Positions 11,981-24,204 of a stretch of 64,000 nt of DNA are shown one piece after another. Numbering within the stretch: position 1 is the first letter of the stretch; every line of letters starts with the position of its first letter. The notes beneath the pieces are model-generated. The model was given only the letters and a program-made list of their open reading frames with translations. It was not told the origin of the DNA and ran no database searches. The translations under genes and the position numbers were made by a program. The DNA is from Antedon mediterranea (Eukaryota; Animalia; Echinodermata), in the NCBI RefSeq assembly GCF_964355755.1, contig NC_092676.1:19734871-19798870 (forward strand), given 5' to 3'.

Positions 11981-13778
11981 GATTTGACTACAGTTCGACT
12001 TTGAAAGTTCAACTAAAAATTAAAACTGTAATTCGTATAAGTGATGCCACTTTCACACATGCGATCACAGAAACACCAGGTGAAGCTAACTGGTAGTAGG
12101 CCTATAACGATACCGTATCCGTCTGGTTAAAGTAGTACAACCATTACATTTTATCCATGGTCTGACGGAGAAGATTCTTCCAAGCCCACGTCATGAAATT
12201 ACGAAATGATTGCTGCACTGTTGCTTCTTTGTAATTTCGAGAGAGAATGAGGCCCATTACAGACAGTTAGGACATTGTTAATCAATTACCAGACAAACAA
12301 TAATATATAATATAACAAATCGGTAAATTGTCGCTGTCCTATTTTAAGAAATACGAGTAGAAAATCGACACCAACACGTAATGTCTGTAATGTTAATGGA
12401 CAAAAAATAGTAATGAAATCAAGTCTATTCTTCTTACTATTATATCTAATTTAATGATTTTAATTTGATATGACTTGGGTAAAATTCGATTAAATTTTAT
12501 TTTCTCGACATAAATTTCATCATATTTCAGTTGGATTGATCAATCTCATTGTTGGGTGTGACTGGAGTATGTGTGTTAAGTTCTTCCTTTGTGTATGTAT
12601 TTAGTGTTGGTAAAGTAGGCCTCTATATATACGGTAACTTTCTTGTCGCTTGCAGAATGTACTTGGCTTTCTTTCTCTTTACAGTACTCACAGTATATAC
12701 ATTGTCAATTGTTATTATCTAGTAGCAGTCGTTTATTTCTAGAATATATCCAGTGTCAACGGAACTAGACGATGGGTGGGGTGCGATAGTCCGCAGTAGA
12801 ATTATATAATAAAATGTCGTAACACGGTTTATTAAACCAATTTGTCATTCTGATTGGTGGTCTTAGTACACCATGACTGAATTATATCAAATATGACTAA
12901 TGTACCGGGCAAGTAAATATATAAAGTTATGTAAATAAATGAGTTTAAATGTGATAAACATGTTGTGTTATGGTGTTCTTGGATATATAGTGGATAATGT
13001 TTGTGATGTACGTCTGAGATGTGGATAACAATTGTAGTGTAGTATAGGCCTATCCATCACAGAGCTCATTTACCGAAACTGAGTAACAAACCCTGCCAGA
13101 CATCTATCGTGACAAATAATCATTAACTATAATATTAACTAAACTAATAATTAATTAATAATGATTAAATACCGATTCTTTATAATTTCAAAGGAGATTG
13201 AGAAACATTACAATTGATAGGACATTATTTATTACTTTTTACAAACAATATTATACTGCACATATAAAATAACAAATACATTAGCTAATACTGTATAAGA
13301 AATACCAGAGAAAATTTGACATCAAATGCAGTACGTAAAGTACCTTTTGCTAATGGACAAGACAAATATCAACTGGTTATAATGATTTTAATTTGATGAC
13401 AACACGAATAAAATTCACTTATTTTTACTGCTGCATTCAAATAAAACAAACTGCTCCCAGTATCGTACTTCATTTATACTCATTAATTTATACATACATG
13501 CTGAAATAGATAATATCTTTGCCTTATTTAATTAAAAATAAGAAAATCCGCAAGTCAAAAGACACCATGAATCTCCGCCTGTATTCGTTTTATCAAATGC
13601 TCTTATTTATTTCGACCAATTTATGTTATTAAATGTTATTCGGTGTTTGTGTTAAAGTTATTGTTAATGTTTTTGTGTTAAAGTAACAGGCCTACTGTCA
13701 TCTTTCAAGTCGTAAAGCTTTTTCAGGCAAGTTTTGATAAACAATGTCGCAGTGATAAAAACAACCAACGTATACGAT

Positions 13779-14705
13779 TCATGTTTCCACAGTGTGAGCC
13801 AGTTTATCTACGCTAAATAAAATCGCAAGACATTTACGTAAGTTTCGATGTCGTGCCCAGTAAATGATAGGGTTGACAATACAACCAACGTTTAAAAGTA
13901 TTACAGCTAATCCACTTAACACATAATATACATCAAGAAATAAAGTATTACATAATATTGTGTTAGGTACATACATTAGAACAAGGTAAAAGATAGACAA
14001 AATATGCAGTGGTAAACAAGTTACAAGTTGCACCAAGGCAACCACACGGTGCATCGTAAACGTGTGTTCCTTGCCGTGTTTTGCGTTCTCGCTCTTTTTC
14101 AACCATAGCTTTTCAGCATTCTTCACTACAACATTTATGCGAAGATAAAATGTAATAGTTCCGATCGAGCAGATTGGTGGTATTAATGTCATAAAATATG
14201 TATATAACATATTAAAACTTTCAGCTTTAAACGCATACGGTATTAATACAGAGCATACTGGAAACAACCATGTGAAAATGACACTTATTATCAAACGTGG
14301 AGTTGTAATAATGCTCATGTGTTTGTAGGGCGACAAACAAACAGCAATATACCGCTCAATTCCACAGAACAGGTTAGTTAAACATGACGAAACCAGTATA
14401 AGGTTGTAAATAAAAACCATTATATTTCTCACAATATAGGAGTTATAAACAGTTTCTGTCAAATATAATTTTAAATCGTAAATAGAACAGGTCAACATAG
14501 AAACACCCATTATCAAGTAGCATATTTCAAGATTAGTTATAAGTATATTTTTACGTTTTCTTAAAGTTTTAAATGTTAAAATAACTAGTAAAATGAACAA
14601 GTTTCCAACGATTGTAAAAACGCACAGGATTGTATTTATGATAGTATAAGAAATTATATACAAACGAATACTGTCCCAGTGCTCTACAGTAAAATTTTCA
14701 CACAT
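13779..14705 (-). CDS. Intronless rhodopsin-class 7TM receptor, subfamily B copy 1
   Basis: First ATG at 14705 (MCENFT...; the ORF-track start at 14747 is TTG). GN in TM1, CGIERY, TCLP, NPIIY. Confidence 0.92.
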   Translation of the reverse strand: MCENFTVEHWDSIRLYIISYTIINTILCVFTIVGNLFILLVILTFKTLRKRKNILITNLEICYLIMGVSMLTCSIYDLKLYLTETVYNSYIVRNIMVFIYNLILVSSCLTNLFCGIERYIAVCLSPYKHMSIITTPRLIISVIFTWLFPVCSVLIPYAFKAESFNMLYTYFMTLIPPICSIGTITFYLRINVVVKNAEKLWLKKSENAKHGKEHTFTMHRVVALVQLVTCLPLHILSIFYLVLMYVPNTILCNTLFLDVYYVLSGLAVILLNVGCIVNPIIYWARHRNLRKCLAILFSVDKLAHTVET

Positions 14706-15470
14706 ATTTTTAGAGCAAAAGTTACAAATCCAGTATAAAATATACAATATATAAGCCTACAAATCAGTATACAGCTGTAGCCACTTCCAAGTCTAGCAAA
14801 ATGGTACTCACTGCGTAATAAACTAGTGTTTGCTATTGCTTTAAAGAATTAATGATGGTATGACTTGACTGATAGTTATAAACAAAATTCGAAATTAAGA
14901 ACAGCCATTACAAATAGCTAAGTAAACACCACAACACATCAATCAAGTAGTTAAAAGAGCTCCAATAACATTGTCAGCGTTAATATTACTAATAGCTTTG
15001 GAGAAATTATTTAAACGGACAGATTATCGACATTAAAGAAGCCGATCAATGCAAATTTCACCTTCGTCTAGAAGATTGATATACAACTGACAGAATCATA
15101 ATTAGAGCGAAGGAACATTGGTCATCATGTGTCATCGGAGAGTGAAAAGACAATAATGTCAGTTCTACAGTACCAGATCCTGAATCCGTCGCGATGGGTG
15201 GCACGGTCGAATTGTTGACAAATTCTGCTTTATTTATAGGCCTACAGTAGATGATAAACATAAAAGTTCTGCAGTGAAAAGTGAAAATGTAAGTAGAATG
15301 CAAGAGCACGTTCGGCTATTTTTTCTTCGTAGTATAATACTAGAACGTTTCCTACTGTTTGGAAAAGTTTGTGATTTCTGCTGTCTCAATTAGTTACTGG
15401 GGCTTCCATTTTGTTTGTCTGGAGGATCACATGACTGCAAAGACTGTGATTCGATTGGCGGTGTTCACAC

Positions 15471-17203
15471 CGTATCCGGATATTCACCCCCTGGACATTT
15501 ACCCCCCGGACAACTACCCCCCGGACAACCACCACCTGGACCACTACCCCCTTAGGACAACTACCCCTTTAGGACAACTACCCCCCGGACAAATACCCCC
15601 CGGACAACTACCCCCTTAGGACAACAACCCCCTTAGGACAACTACCCCCTGGACAACTACCCCCCGGACAATTACCCCCTCGGAACAATTACCCCCCGGA
15701 CAATTACCACCCGGACAATTACCCCCCGGACAATTACCACCCAGAAAACTATCCCTTTAGAACACCCTAACCACCCAGACCATTCAACAACCTGACTCTG
15801 CAACAGTGTATAATAGGAATTAATAACTATATTTTAATTCGTTACTTTGACGAATTACTATTCATTATTGTAAACAAAAGTAAAAGATTGAACATAAATA
15901 TAGCCTGGTATAAACTGAAGATTGTCACACATGATCATAGGATAGTCGAACGTATTATAGTACTCCCTGTATTTACTGTAAATACTGGGTTCGCTAATAA
16001 TAATAATAATAATTTTTGCGTCAGGACAATGCTTCGATAACCACTGGTCTTAAAAGAATTAATTTTTGTCTCAAATTTGTCATATATGTATTTTTGTACA
16101 CTTGAAGAATAATATCACTTTTGATATTTGACCTCAATTTTCACTCACCGAATAAACGTCGATCTTTAAATAAATTCCCCTCAAATAAACGGTGACCATG
16201 TCACTCCCATGAAACATCATATGAAATAATCGGCGTCTATTTCCATTAGATTATACCCTCTCCCATTGAATAAACAACTTTCTTCCAATAAATGTCCACC
16301 TAAAAACCACCTAAACAATAAACAGCCCAGGCCGTTTTTTCAATAAATACGGTACTTTAAATCTAGCACATCTAGGGTCTAGCGTGCTGTTAAACAGAAT
16401 AATCGGTTAAAAACGGGTGTTTCGAAACTAGAGACCCGAGACCAGAGACCAGAGACCCGAGACCCAATACGAAAAGGGAGACCTAAATATACGAAAAGGG
16501 AGACCCACGTACGAAAAGGGAGACCCCACTATACGAAAAGGGAGACCCCACTATACGAAAAGGGAGACCCTAATATACGAAAAGGGAGACCTAAATATAC
16601 GAAAAGGGAGACCCAATTATACGAAAGGGAGACCCAAATATACAAAATGGGAGACCCAAATATACGAAAAGGGAGACCCATTATAAGAAAAGGGAGACCC
16701 ACTATAAGAAAAGGGAGACCCCACTATACGAAAAGAGAGACCACTCTATACGAAAAGGGAGACCCTAATATACGAAAAGGGAGACCCAATAGGTCTCCCT
16801 TTTCGTATTGGGTCTCGTTTCAGGTCTCTGGTCTCGGGTCTCTAGTTTCGAAACACCCGTTAAAAACAGATGATTTCATTTTTACAGAAACCGGTCCTAT
16901 ATATTTGTCTACTTTTGGATGGGGGGGGGGGGGGGTAGTTGACCGGGGGGTAGTTGACCGGGGGGGTAGTTGACCGGGGGGTAGTTACCCGCGGGGTAGT
17001 TATCCTAAGGGGGTAGTTGTCCTAAGGGGGTGGTTGTCCGGGGGGTAGTTGTCCGGGGGGTTGTTATCCTAAGGGGGTAGTTGTCCTAAGGGGGTAGTTG
17101 TCCGGGGGGTAGTTGTCCGGGGGGTAGTTGTCCTAAGGGGGTAGTTGTCCGGGTGGTAAACATCCGGGGGGTAACTGTCTAGGGGGTAGGTGTCCTAGAA
17201 CCG
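15471..17203. mobile_element. Foldback-type element with modular TIRs of 14-16-bp subrepeats (ggacaactaccccc)
   Basis: C-rich array at about 15480-15780 mirrored by G-rich array at about 16920-17200; flanking direct repeat (g)ttcacac ending at 15470 and at 17210. Confidence 0.8.
16415..16858. mobile_element. Mutator-like MITE with internal 21-22-bp tandem array, nested in the foldback element
   Basis: TIR gggtgtttcgaaactagagacccgagaccagagacc; exact 9-bp TSD gttaaaaac; internal units atacgaaaagggagaccc plus a few variable bases. Confidence 0.9.
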
Positions 17204-17232
17204 TTCACACACATCAGCACACTACTGGTAAT

Positions 17233-17541
17233 GAGGGCGTGTGGCGCAGTGTGTTGGACGTTGGACTACCGATCGTCAGACCTAGGTTCGAATCCAACTC
17301 TCGCCGCATTGCTTGTATCCGTAGGCAAGATACTTTACTTACGTTACCTCTCTCCACCCAGGTGTATAAATGGGTACCCAGTTAGATCTAGACACAACTT
17401 TGCGCTGGTTACCGGCTACATTATGGGAGTATGTTTCCATACGTGTTTGATCCCAAAAAATACTGGGGTAATAATCCTTGTAAAGCGCCTTTGAGCATGA
17501 TTACTCATGAAAAGGGCGCTATATAAATGTGGTATTATTAT
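17233..17541 (+). mobile_element. tRNA-derived SINE with CORE-like centre and L2-type tail
   Basis: A box TGGCGCAGTG, B box GGTTCGAATCC, ctctctccacccaggtgtataaatgggtacc, tail gtaaagcgcctttgag...ggcgctatataaat...(tat)n. Confidence 0.85.
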
Positions 17542-17909
17542 TAGTTAGTAAGATGCACGGCCTAACTTCTGCAAGGTAAATTTCTGCAGTTCACGAAAGT
17601 TTATCAACTGGACTGCACTAACAAACGTTGTCTTAGAAAACTTTTCTTTTCGGAGTTTTTAAACTGAAGGTCGCTGTCTGCCAACTTCCATAGCTGGTAG
17701 TCCATCGATTTACCTTGTTTTCAATTTGTATATATAACAAGATATGTTAATTGTCTAAACTTTCTTAAAGTTTCTAAATTTATGCAAAATAATTTTGCGG
17801 AAATCCCGATGCCTTCGGGATATCCAGTAGGCTTTTCCATCATTGTACCGGATTGTTTTTGTTTTAAATCTAGGTTATAGGCCTACAATGTGTGTCTTTT
17901 TTCTTTAAC

Positions 17910-18839
17910 CTATTTCCAACATTTATGAATGCAAAATAGATTTACAAGACCTTTACGAAAATCTCGATGCTTTCCCCAATAAATAATAGGATTAACAATA
18001 CATCCAATGTTTAGGAGCATTAAAGAAATCCCAGTAAATATACTGAAAACAGAGGAAAATACATCGTTACAATAAATCGAAGGTACATATATCCAAATTA
18101 GATAAAGTAAAGATATCACATTAAAGGGCAAGCAAGTAAAAAGAAGTACTAAAGATGCTAGACGATGCATTTTAAAACTATGCTCCTTGCCGACCCGCCG
18201 TGAATTTCCATTCGTCTTCATCCATTCTTTTTCGGCTTTCACAACAGCATCGTGTATTTTGTTGTAAAATAAAACAGTTCCAAACGATCCGACTGGTGGA
18301 ATTATTGCTATGAAATACGTTAGCAATAATAACGCAACGTGCCTTTCAAATATGAATGTTATTGATATAATAAATAGCAACGGACAAGACCATGCCAGAG
18401 CTACACTTAGTAGCAAACGAGGAGCTGTGATGATTTCTTTGAATCGGTATGGAGCTAAGACGATAACGATATATCGCTCAATCCCACAAAAAAAAGTAGT
18501 GAGAATGGATGCTACCAAACTTGCGTCATAGAGAAGAACTAAAATGTTTTTAACTGTACTTTCTACAAAACCATCAATATCAGATAAAATCCATTTCAAG
18601 TCGATGAAAGAACAACTAGCAGTCGAAATACCAATTATTAAGTAGCAAATATCTAAATTTATAATCAGGATGTTTTTCTGCTTTCTCAGATGTTTGTAGG
18701 TGAACATGACAAACAGGGCCAGACAGTTTTCGACGACAGTGAAAAGGCTAAGAGTTATGTTGATAAATGCATACGGACTCATATCCGACTTCAAGCTGTT
18801 CCATTCTTCTGTAGAATAATTACTGAAACAATAACTCAT
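17910..18839 (-). CDS. Intronless rhodopsin-class 7TM receptor, subfamily B copy 2
   Basis: 309-aa ORF, CGIERY, TCLP, NPIIYW, helix-8 RDFRK; clear paralog of 13779 and 21679. Confidence 0.92.
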   Translation of the reverse strand: MSYCFSNYSTEEWNSLKSDMSPYAFINITLSLFTVVENCLALFVMFTYKHLRKQKNILIINLDICYLIIGISTASCSFIDLKWILSDIDGFVESTVKNILVLLYDASLVASILTTFFCGIERYIVIVLAPYRFKEIITAPRLLLSVALAWSCPLLFIISITFIFERHVALLLLTYFIAIIPPVGSFGTVLFYNKIHDAVVKAEKEWMKTNGNSRRVGKEHSFKMHRLASLVLLFTCLPFNVISLLYLIWIYVPSIYCNDVFSSVFSIFTGISLMLLNIGCIVNPIIYWGKHRDFRKGLVNLFCIHKCWK

Positions 18840-19534
18840 TGTGTTTTAAAATATATTTTAATACGATTTTAAAACGACAGTAGGTTTATTTGAGATGGTG
18901 TAAACTGATATTAGGTCTGGGAGGTTCTGAGGGAACACTGTTCCGAACTAGGAAATCACGAACATCAACAACAAACAAAATAGCATACCTTGTATACATT
19001 GTGACATGTGATTGAGTTTAGATTGAAAATAATGATTGATGAAAATCATTTTTGTAATTACATTTTTATGCTTTAATTTAAATTTAGAGATCAAATGATG
19101 AGTAGATGACAACCGGATATGAGCAACATTGTCAATCACAAAATGAATGTTTTCTTCATGATGTAAGAATATAAAATCACTTTTCACGTGATATTTAACC
19201 AAGTCACCAACGAGAAATAGACGATAATAAGACCAATGACGTGGTTGTTCGTTTAATGTCAATCATCATGTCAAATAAACAGGAATCTATGTTCAAACGT
19301 CAGATAATGTAATATGATGTAAACATACCATTTAAATCACCATGCGTGATATTTGTACAAAATTATACAATAAAAATATTGCTCAACCCCATAAAATATA
19401 CAAGACACTATGAGCTAAGTAATGAGTAAAGAGTGCTCTGTCTGTCGGTCGGTAATATAGTTGACTAAGTTATAACTAGTATACATAGTACTATTACTAG
19501 TTAGATTTGTATCATTCACCATAATATAGGCATT

Positions 19535-20389
19535 CTAAACAAATACACAACGGATCCATTTTCCACGAAAGTCTTCATTTCGTATCAAAGTGACAGAATT
19601 GAATAGACTGCCAATTAAAATGAATATATGGCTCATATTATTTGCAAATAGGTATATGCCAACATTTTCATCATAATCGGGGAACAGGTTTAAAATGCAA
19701 ATAATGCAAAAGGGCAAATGCGTGAAAACAACCAACATTGAAATTATAAAGAAGAGTTTTTGCGTTCGATCGGTTCCAGTTCGCCGTGAGTTTGAATTCA
19801 TTTTCGTTCTATTTCTCGTTCTTCTTACCACAATACACATGTGTACGTATAGATAACTAGTTATTAAGTAAGAAGATAGTATAATTAAGATGCATGTTTC
19901 TTGTAAATACAATGGGATATAATATCTATAATAGTACAATATTCCAAATACGACCGAGAATATCCAGGTAAATGCCATAGCAATAATTAGTCTCCAAGTA
20001 GTGATAATATCTTTAAAACGATAAGGCGCTATAACAATCATTGTGTACCGTTCAAGTCCACAGAAAAGAACTGTTAACGCTGAATGCAAACAGGCAAAAG
20101 CCATAGTTACATCGAATAAAAGAAAGACTGAAACACTGGCTTCTGATTCAGAAATGTTAAAGCTTTTTGCTATAAAAAAGCAAATACTCATAATTAAATA
20201 CGATATTTGCAAGTTTCCAATCAAGATGTACTTCCTCTGCCAAAGCTTGCGCGATAAAATAAACAACAGCATACATATGAGTTTTGATACTATGTCTAAA
20301 ACGCTCAAAACTATAACAGTTACTGAATTCATGTTAGTATATAGTTTAAAATCGTTATTGGAATAATTGTAATCAACGCTCTGATTCAT
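19535..20389 (-). CDS. Intronless rhodopsin-class 7TM receptor, subfamily A copy 2
   Basis: 284-aa ORF, close paralog of 11147-11980 (shared CGLERYTMIV, TM5-ICL3-TM6, IRNEDFRGKWIRCV). Confidence 0.9.
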   Translation of the reverse strand: MNQSVDYNYSNNDFKLYTNMNSVTVIVLSVLDIVSKLICMLLFILSRKLWQRKYILIGNLQISYLIMSICFFIAKSFNISESEASVSVFLLFDVTMAFACLHSALTVLFCGLERYTMIVIAPYRFKDIITTWRLIIAMAFTWIFSVVFGILYYYRYYIPLYLQETCILIILSSYLITSYLYVHMCIVVRRTRNRTKMNSNSRRTGTDRTQKLFFIISMLVVFTHLPFCIICILNLFPDYDENVGIYLFANNMSHIFILIGSLFNSVTLIRNEDFRGKWIRCVFV

Positions 20390-21420
20390 GATTTGACTAG
20401 TTCAATTCTGTGTCCAAAACGAAGATGTCAACAAATCCAATTAATAATCAAAAGTTTAAGACGGTAATAGATGCAAGTATGTACATTGGTGAGAAATGTT
20501 CACTCCTGTAGGACACGTTTCAAGAATGACTGAGACATGATAGTGATAAAAAAGGAAACATGGGTAGGTTAATATAGGCTATTGGGATGCTACACAGATA
20601 TCATATTTCGAGTACTACAAAATGAACAGATCACAAACCGGATATTAACTACCGGTATGTTATTTATATGATTGAAGAATTACGTAGATCTTTGTACAAT
20701 CATATCTACAATGACAACTTAACAATAGTGCTAATTAAGAAATAAAGAAATTGATACTTATGGAGGAAATAAATACTTATTTATTTCCTCCTCCAATTAA
20801 TTTTTAATATCTGGGTGTAGTATTTATGGAATAAAAGAATTGAAACTTACACGGGAAATTAAAACATTCTTTTCTTTTATCCGAATATAATCCGAAACAG
20901 CGTATTCAAATTTGGACAGTTCCACTTCAAAGCTATTTTGTGTAGAAAATCGTAATCAGGTTTTTTGTACGTAGTAGTTAATTTACCAACATCATGGAAG
21001 GTTTTCAAAATACAGTACACTCTGACAAATTTCAAATATTAAATGAAAAAAAAATAATTAGGACACATTTTAAAATATGCATCCTCCGTGTACATGTATA
21101 AATGTGTTGTGTGTGGAATTATGTCAACGTATGATGACGTACATAAGACATTTAATATTTACAATATTATTCTAAAATCTTGAAGTTCATTTAGATCCTA
21201 ATATTTATAAAAGATAATGTTTCTATTTTGTTGATCCAATAGATCGGAAGTATTAAAAATGGTACTTACAACAGCCTGTCGCAAACATTTATTTTCTTTC
21301 TCAAGTGACGTCGTGGCCAGACTGTAGGGCCTAACCAAGATTACACTCTCTATACTTGAGAAAGCAATCCAAGCTATTGGATCAACAAAAAAGAAAACAT
21401 TCTCTTCTTTCTAGGCCTAA

Positions 21421-21640
21421 AGCTTGGTTCTCACTTGCAACGCAAAGTAACGCAATCTACGCAACGTAAGAAAATGCCCTTCCAATCAGTGTTTGCCCCC
21501 ACCTGCGTTAAATCAAACCTGCGATTTTTACAGCAATGGTGCGTCGTCGGTTCCCACTTGCGATTACGCAATGCATTACTTTTTGCGTCGATACGTCGTC
21601 GCTGCGTTACGTTGTGTTGCGTCCTAGTGGGAACCACGCT
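21421..21640. mobile_element. Harbinger-type MITE
   Basis: TIRs agcttggttctcact / agtgggaaccacgct, TAA/TTA flanks, aacgca subrepeats. Confidence 0.75.
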
Positions 21641-21678
21641 TTAAAGTAAACGCATTAATATAGTACAGTATACGTTTG

Positions 21679-22584
21679 CTAAAATGAGCAAAGTTTAGCA
21701 AGACCTTTACGAAAGTCTCGATGGTCCGCCCAAAAAATGATCGGATTAACAATAAAACCCATGTTTAAAATAAATATAGCTATTTGGCCAAATGATAAGA
21801 ACAGTTTAAGATTTCCGCAAAAAGTCATCGGTGAATATAAAGTAATTAGAAACAATCCAGAAAAGAAATGCATTGGTAAACAGGTAAATAACAAAACCAC
21901 GGATGCCAGACGATGCAACTTGAAACTATGAGTTTTATCAATGTGTCTTGCGCATTCATTGGTGCTCCTCCAGTTCCTTTCTGCTTCCATAACAACATGA
22001 TCTATCCGAGTATAAAACAAAGCAGTTCCGAATGAACCACACGGTGGAGCTATTGCCAAAAAGTACGTAATTATTGTGCATAAAATATCGTCCTCGAAAA
22101 TTAACGTAGGACATATTATAAACACGAATGGAAAGGTCCAGGTAAAGATGACACAAAATATCAATCGCCGAGTAGTGATGATGGCCTTGTATCCGTAGGG
22201 CCTCAAGACGATCACAATGTAGCGTTCAATTCCACAAAACAGACTAGTTAGTATGGTCGTTACTATTATGCTGTTACACACATTAAAAGGGAACATACCG
22301 ATAACACAGTTAGTGTCGGTATCATAGACAGCAGATACTCCATCAAACGTAGAAGTAAGATCATAAATGCTTGCAGCAAAGACAGCTATGCTCGTGGAAA
22401 AATAGCATATTTCAAGATTTATAATCAAAATATTGTTTTGTTTTCTCAGAAACTTGAAAGTGAAGATTACGATCAAAACTAGCCCATTTCCAATAATACT
22501 AACAACGCTCAGAAATATATTCATATACGCGAACGAGTTAAAACTTTCCAAATCAGCGTTAGATGAATTTAAACAACCAATCAT
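21679..22584 (-). CDS. Intronless rhodopsin-class 7TM receptor, subfamily B copy 3
   Basis: 301-aa ORF, GN in TM1, CGIERY, TCLP, NPIIF, RDFRK. Confidence 0.92.
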   Translation of the reverse strand: MIGCLNSSNADLESFNSFAYMNIFLSVVSIIGNGLVLIVIFTFKFLRKQNNILIINLEICYFSTSIAVFAASIYDLTSTFDGVSAVYDTDTNCVIGMFPFNVCNSIIVTTILTSLFCGIERYIVIVLRPYGYKAIITTRRLIFCVIFTWTFPFVFIICPTLIFEDDILCTIITYFLAIAPPCGSFGTALFYTRIDHVVMEAERNWRSTNECARHIDKTHSFKLHRLASVVLLFTCLPMHFFSGLFLITLYSPMTFCGNLKLFLSFGQIAIFILNMGFIVNPIIFWADHRDFRKGLAKLCSF

Positions 22585-24005
22585 TCTTTAAATAATGCTG
22601 GAAAGGGCGTTCAGTAAAGCTGTTAAAATGAATTACAGTCTGTAAAAATACTTCGAGGCAGTAGAATTGTTCAGGTAGAGTATGCTAATACAATAAAAGG
22701 ATAGTCTGTTCCGTTTATTTCCGATGTTGATTAAAGAAGCTTAGGTTGATCGCATAAGTGTAATCTTTTGATTATGCACTAATTCATAAGATTCAAAAGA
22801 TTAGACTTAATGTACAGTATTGTTTACACGTCTCTCCATATTTAAAATCACACTCCGGGAATAAATGATTTTCGTTTAATTACGCTATATTATATTAATA
22901 TTTATAAATGGTATTCTCTGATCAAATTCTCATCTCATCTCATCTCACAGTAGTACTTTATTTAACAACGATGGCCGGTTGCAAAATGCATCCACCGCCG
23001 GTACGAGAAATGAACGATGGGAACACGTCGACGCAGTATTTTATAACGTATGCATTACATAATCATTTTTACAGATTATTCATGCATGACAAATAGTAAC
23101 TAGCGCCATCACAGAGTTCTGGAGCGCGACATTTATCAGACATGTTCTCTCTGTGTTTTTATGCGGGTGTTTTGATTTTTTTTTGGCGAAAACCTCAAGT
23201 ATAGATATGACACGCCATCTGGGCCAAAAGTTTCTCTTTTCACCAATATTAAGCAGACTAGTCATCTTGAATGCATAATGCATACGTTAGTTTGTAACAT
23301 AAACAAAGGTTTTCAAATTATTTTTTGTTCATAATGTGATGGTTTAACCAAGAAACTTTCTGTTATATACTGTAATTAGAAACATAATAGTGTATACTTG
23401 CTTTCAACAAGAACAACGTACATTTAGTACAATGATAATTCATGTTACTTTTTAGCATTTTTATGTTATTTTTAATATCATCAGGCGATTGGTTTGTTTT
23501 AAAAAATATTTAAATACAAATGCATGTCTATATTTTATTACAATACAACGAAAAAACTTGCAGATATTTAAAATAAACATTCGAAACAAAGTTAATAGAA
23601 AATAAAGGCTTTATGTTTATTCCGTGTATCAAGATAAGGAAGAACTATTCTTGCATATCATTTTGTTCACGTACAATTACATTTAACAACTCTGATTGGT
23701 CAATTCTTTTTAAAACGTTATACCGCCCTCTATTAGTACATTTTGTACATACACAACAGAATTGAATATACATATCTACTAATCTATAATTTATAAACTC
23801 TAAAAATTACCATAATTATTTCATTAGTTATATCATTTCATATTTCAAATTTTCCTATAATGTCTTTTTGAGTAAGAAATTACTGTTAGTATTGTGTTTC
23901 AAGTTTCTATAGATAGCACCTTATCTTCACTTTGATACAATATCCAAAACAATATCATAATAACACATTATGTATTGAAAGATTATTGGATTCCGTACCA
24001 TCATG

Positions 24006-24204
24006 GCAGTCTACCAACAGGACACTGAGCTCTCCTTGTCAAGATAGGAACTTATAACAGTCCTTTGATCTTATGTCTGGCTGCAATAAATACCAATATT
24101 ACTGTACTATGTACATATTCTAGGCAGCACTGAACTGATCATGTCGCAGCCACAGATAAACACTTTGATCTCCGAAAGCTCAGCATCCTGTTGTTAGATT
24201 GCTT
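24006..24204. mobile_element. Small degenerate MITE
   Basis: Inverted ends gcagtctaccaacagga..ctgagct / agctcag..tcctgttgttagattgc. Confidence 0.55.

Noticed and set aside
16460-16800. CRISPR-like repeat with variable gaps
   Set aside because: Gaps are only a few bases, the array lies inside a TIR/TSD-bounded MITE, the genome is eukaryotic and there are no cas genes.
17233-17305. Possible tRNA gene
   Set aside because: It is the head of a SINE, continuing into CORE-like and L2-tail sequence.
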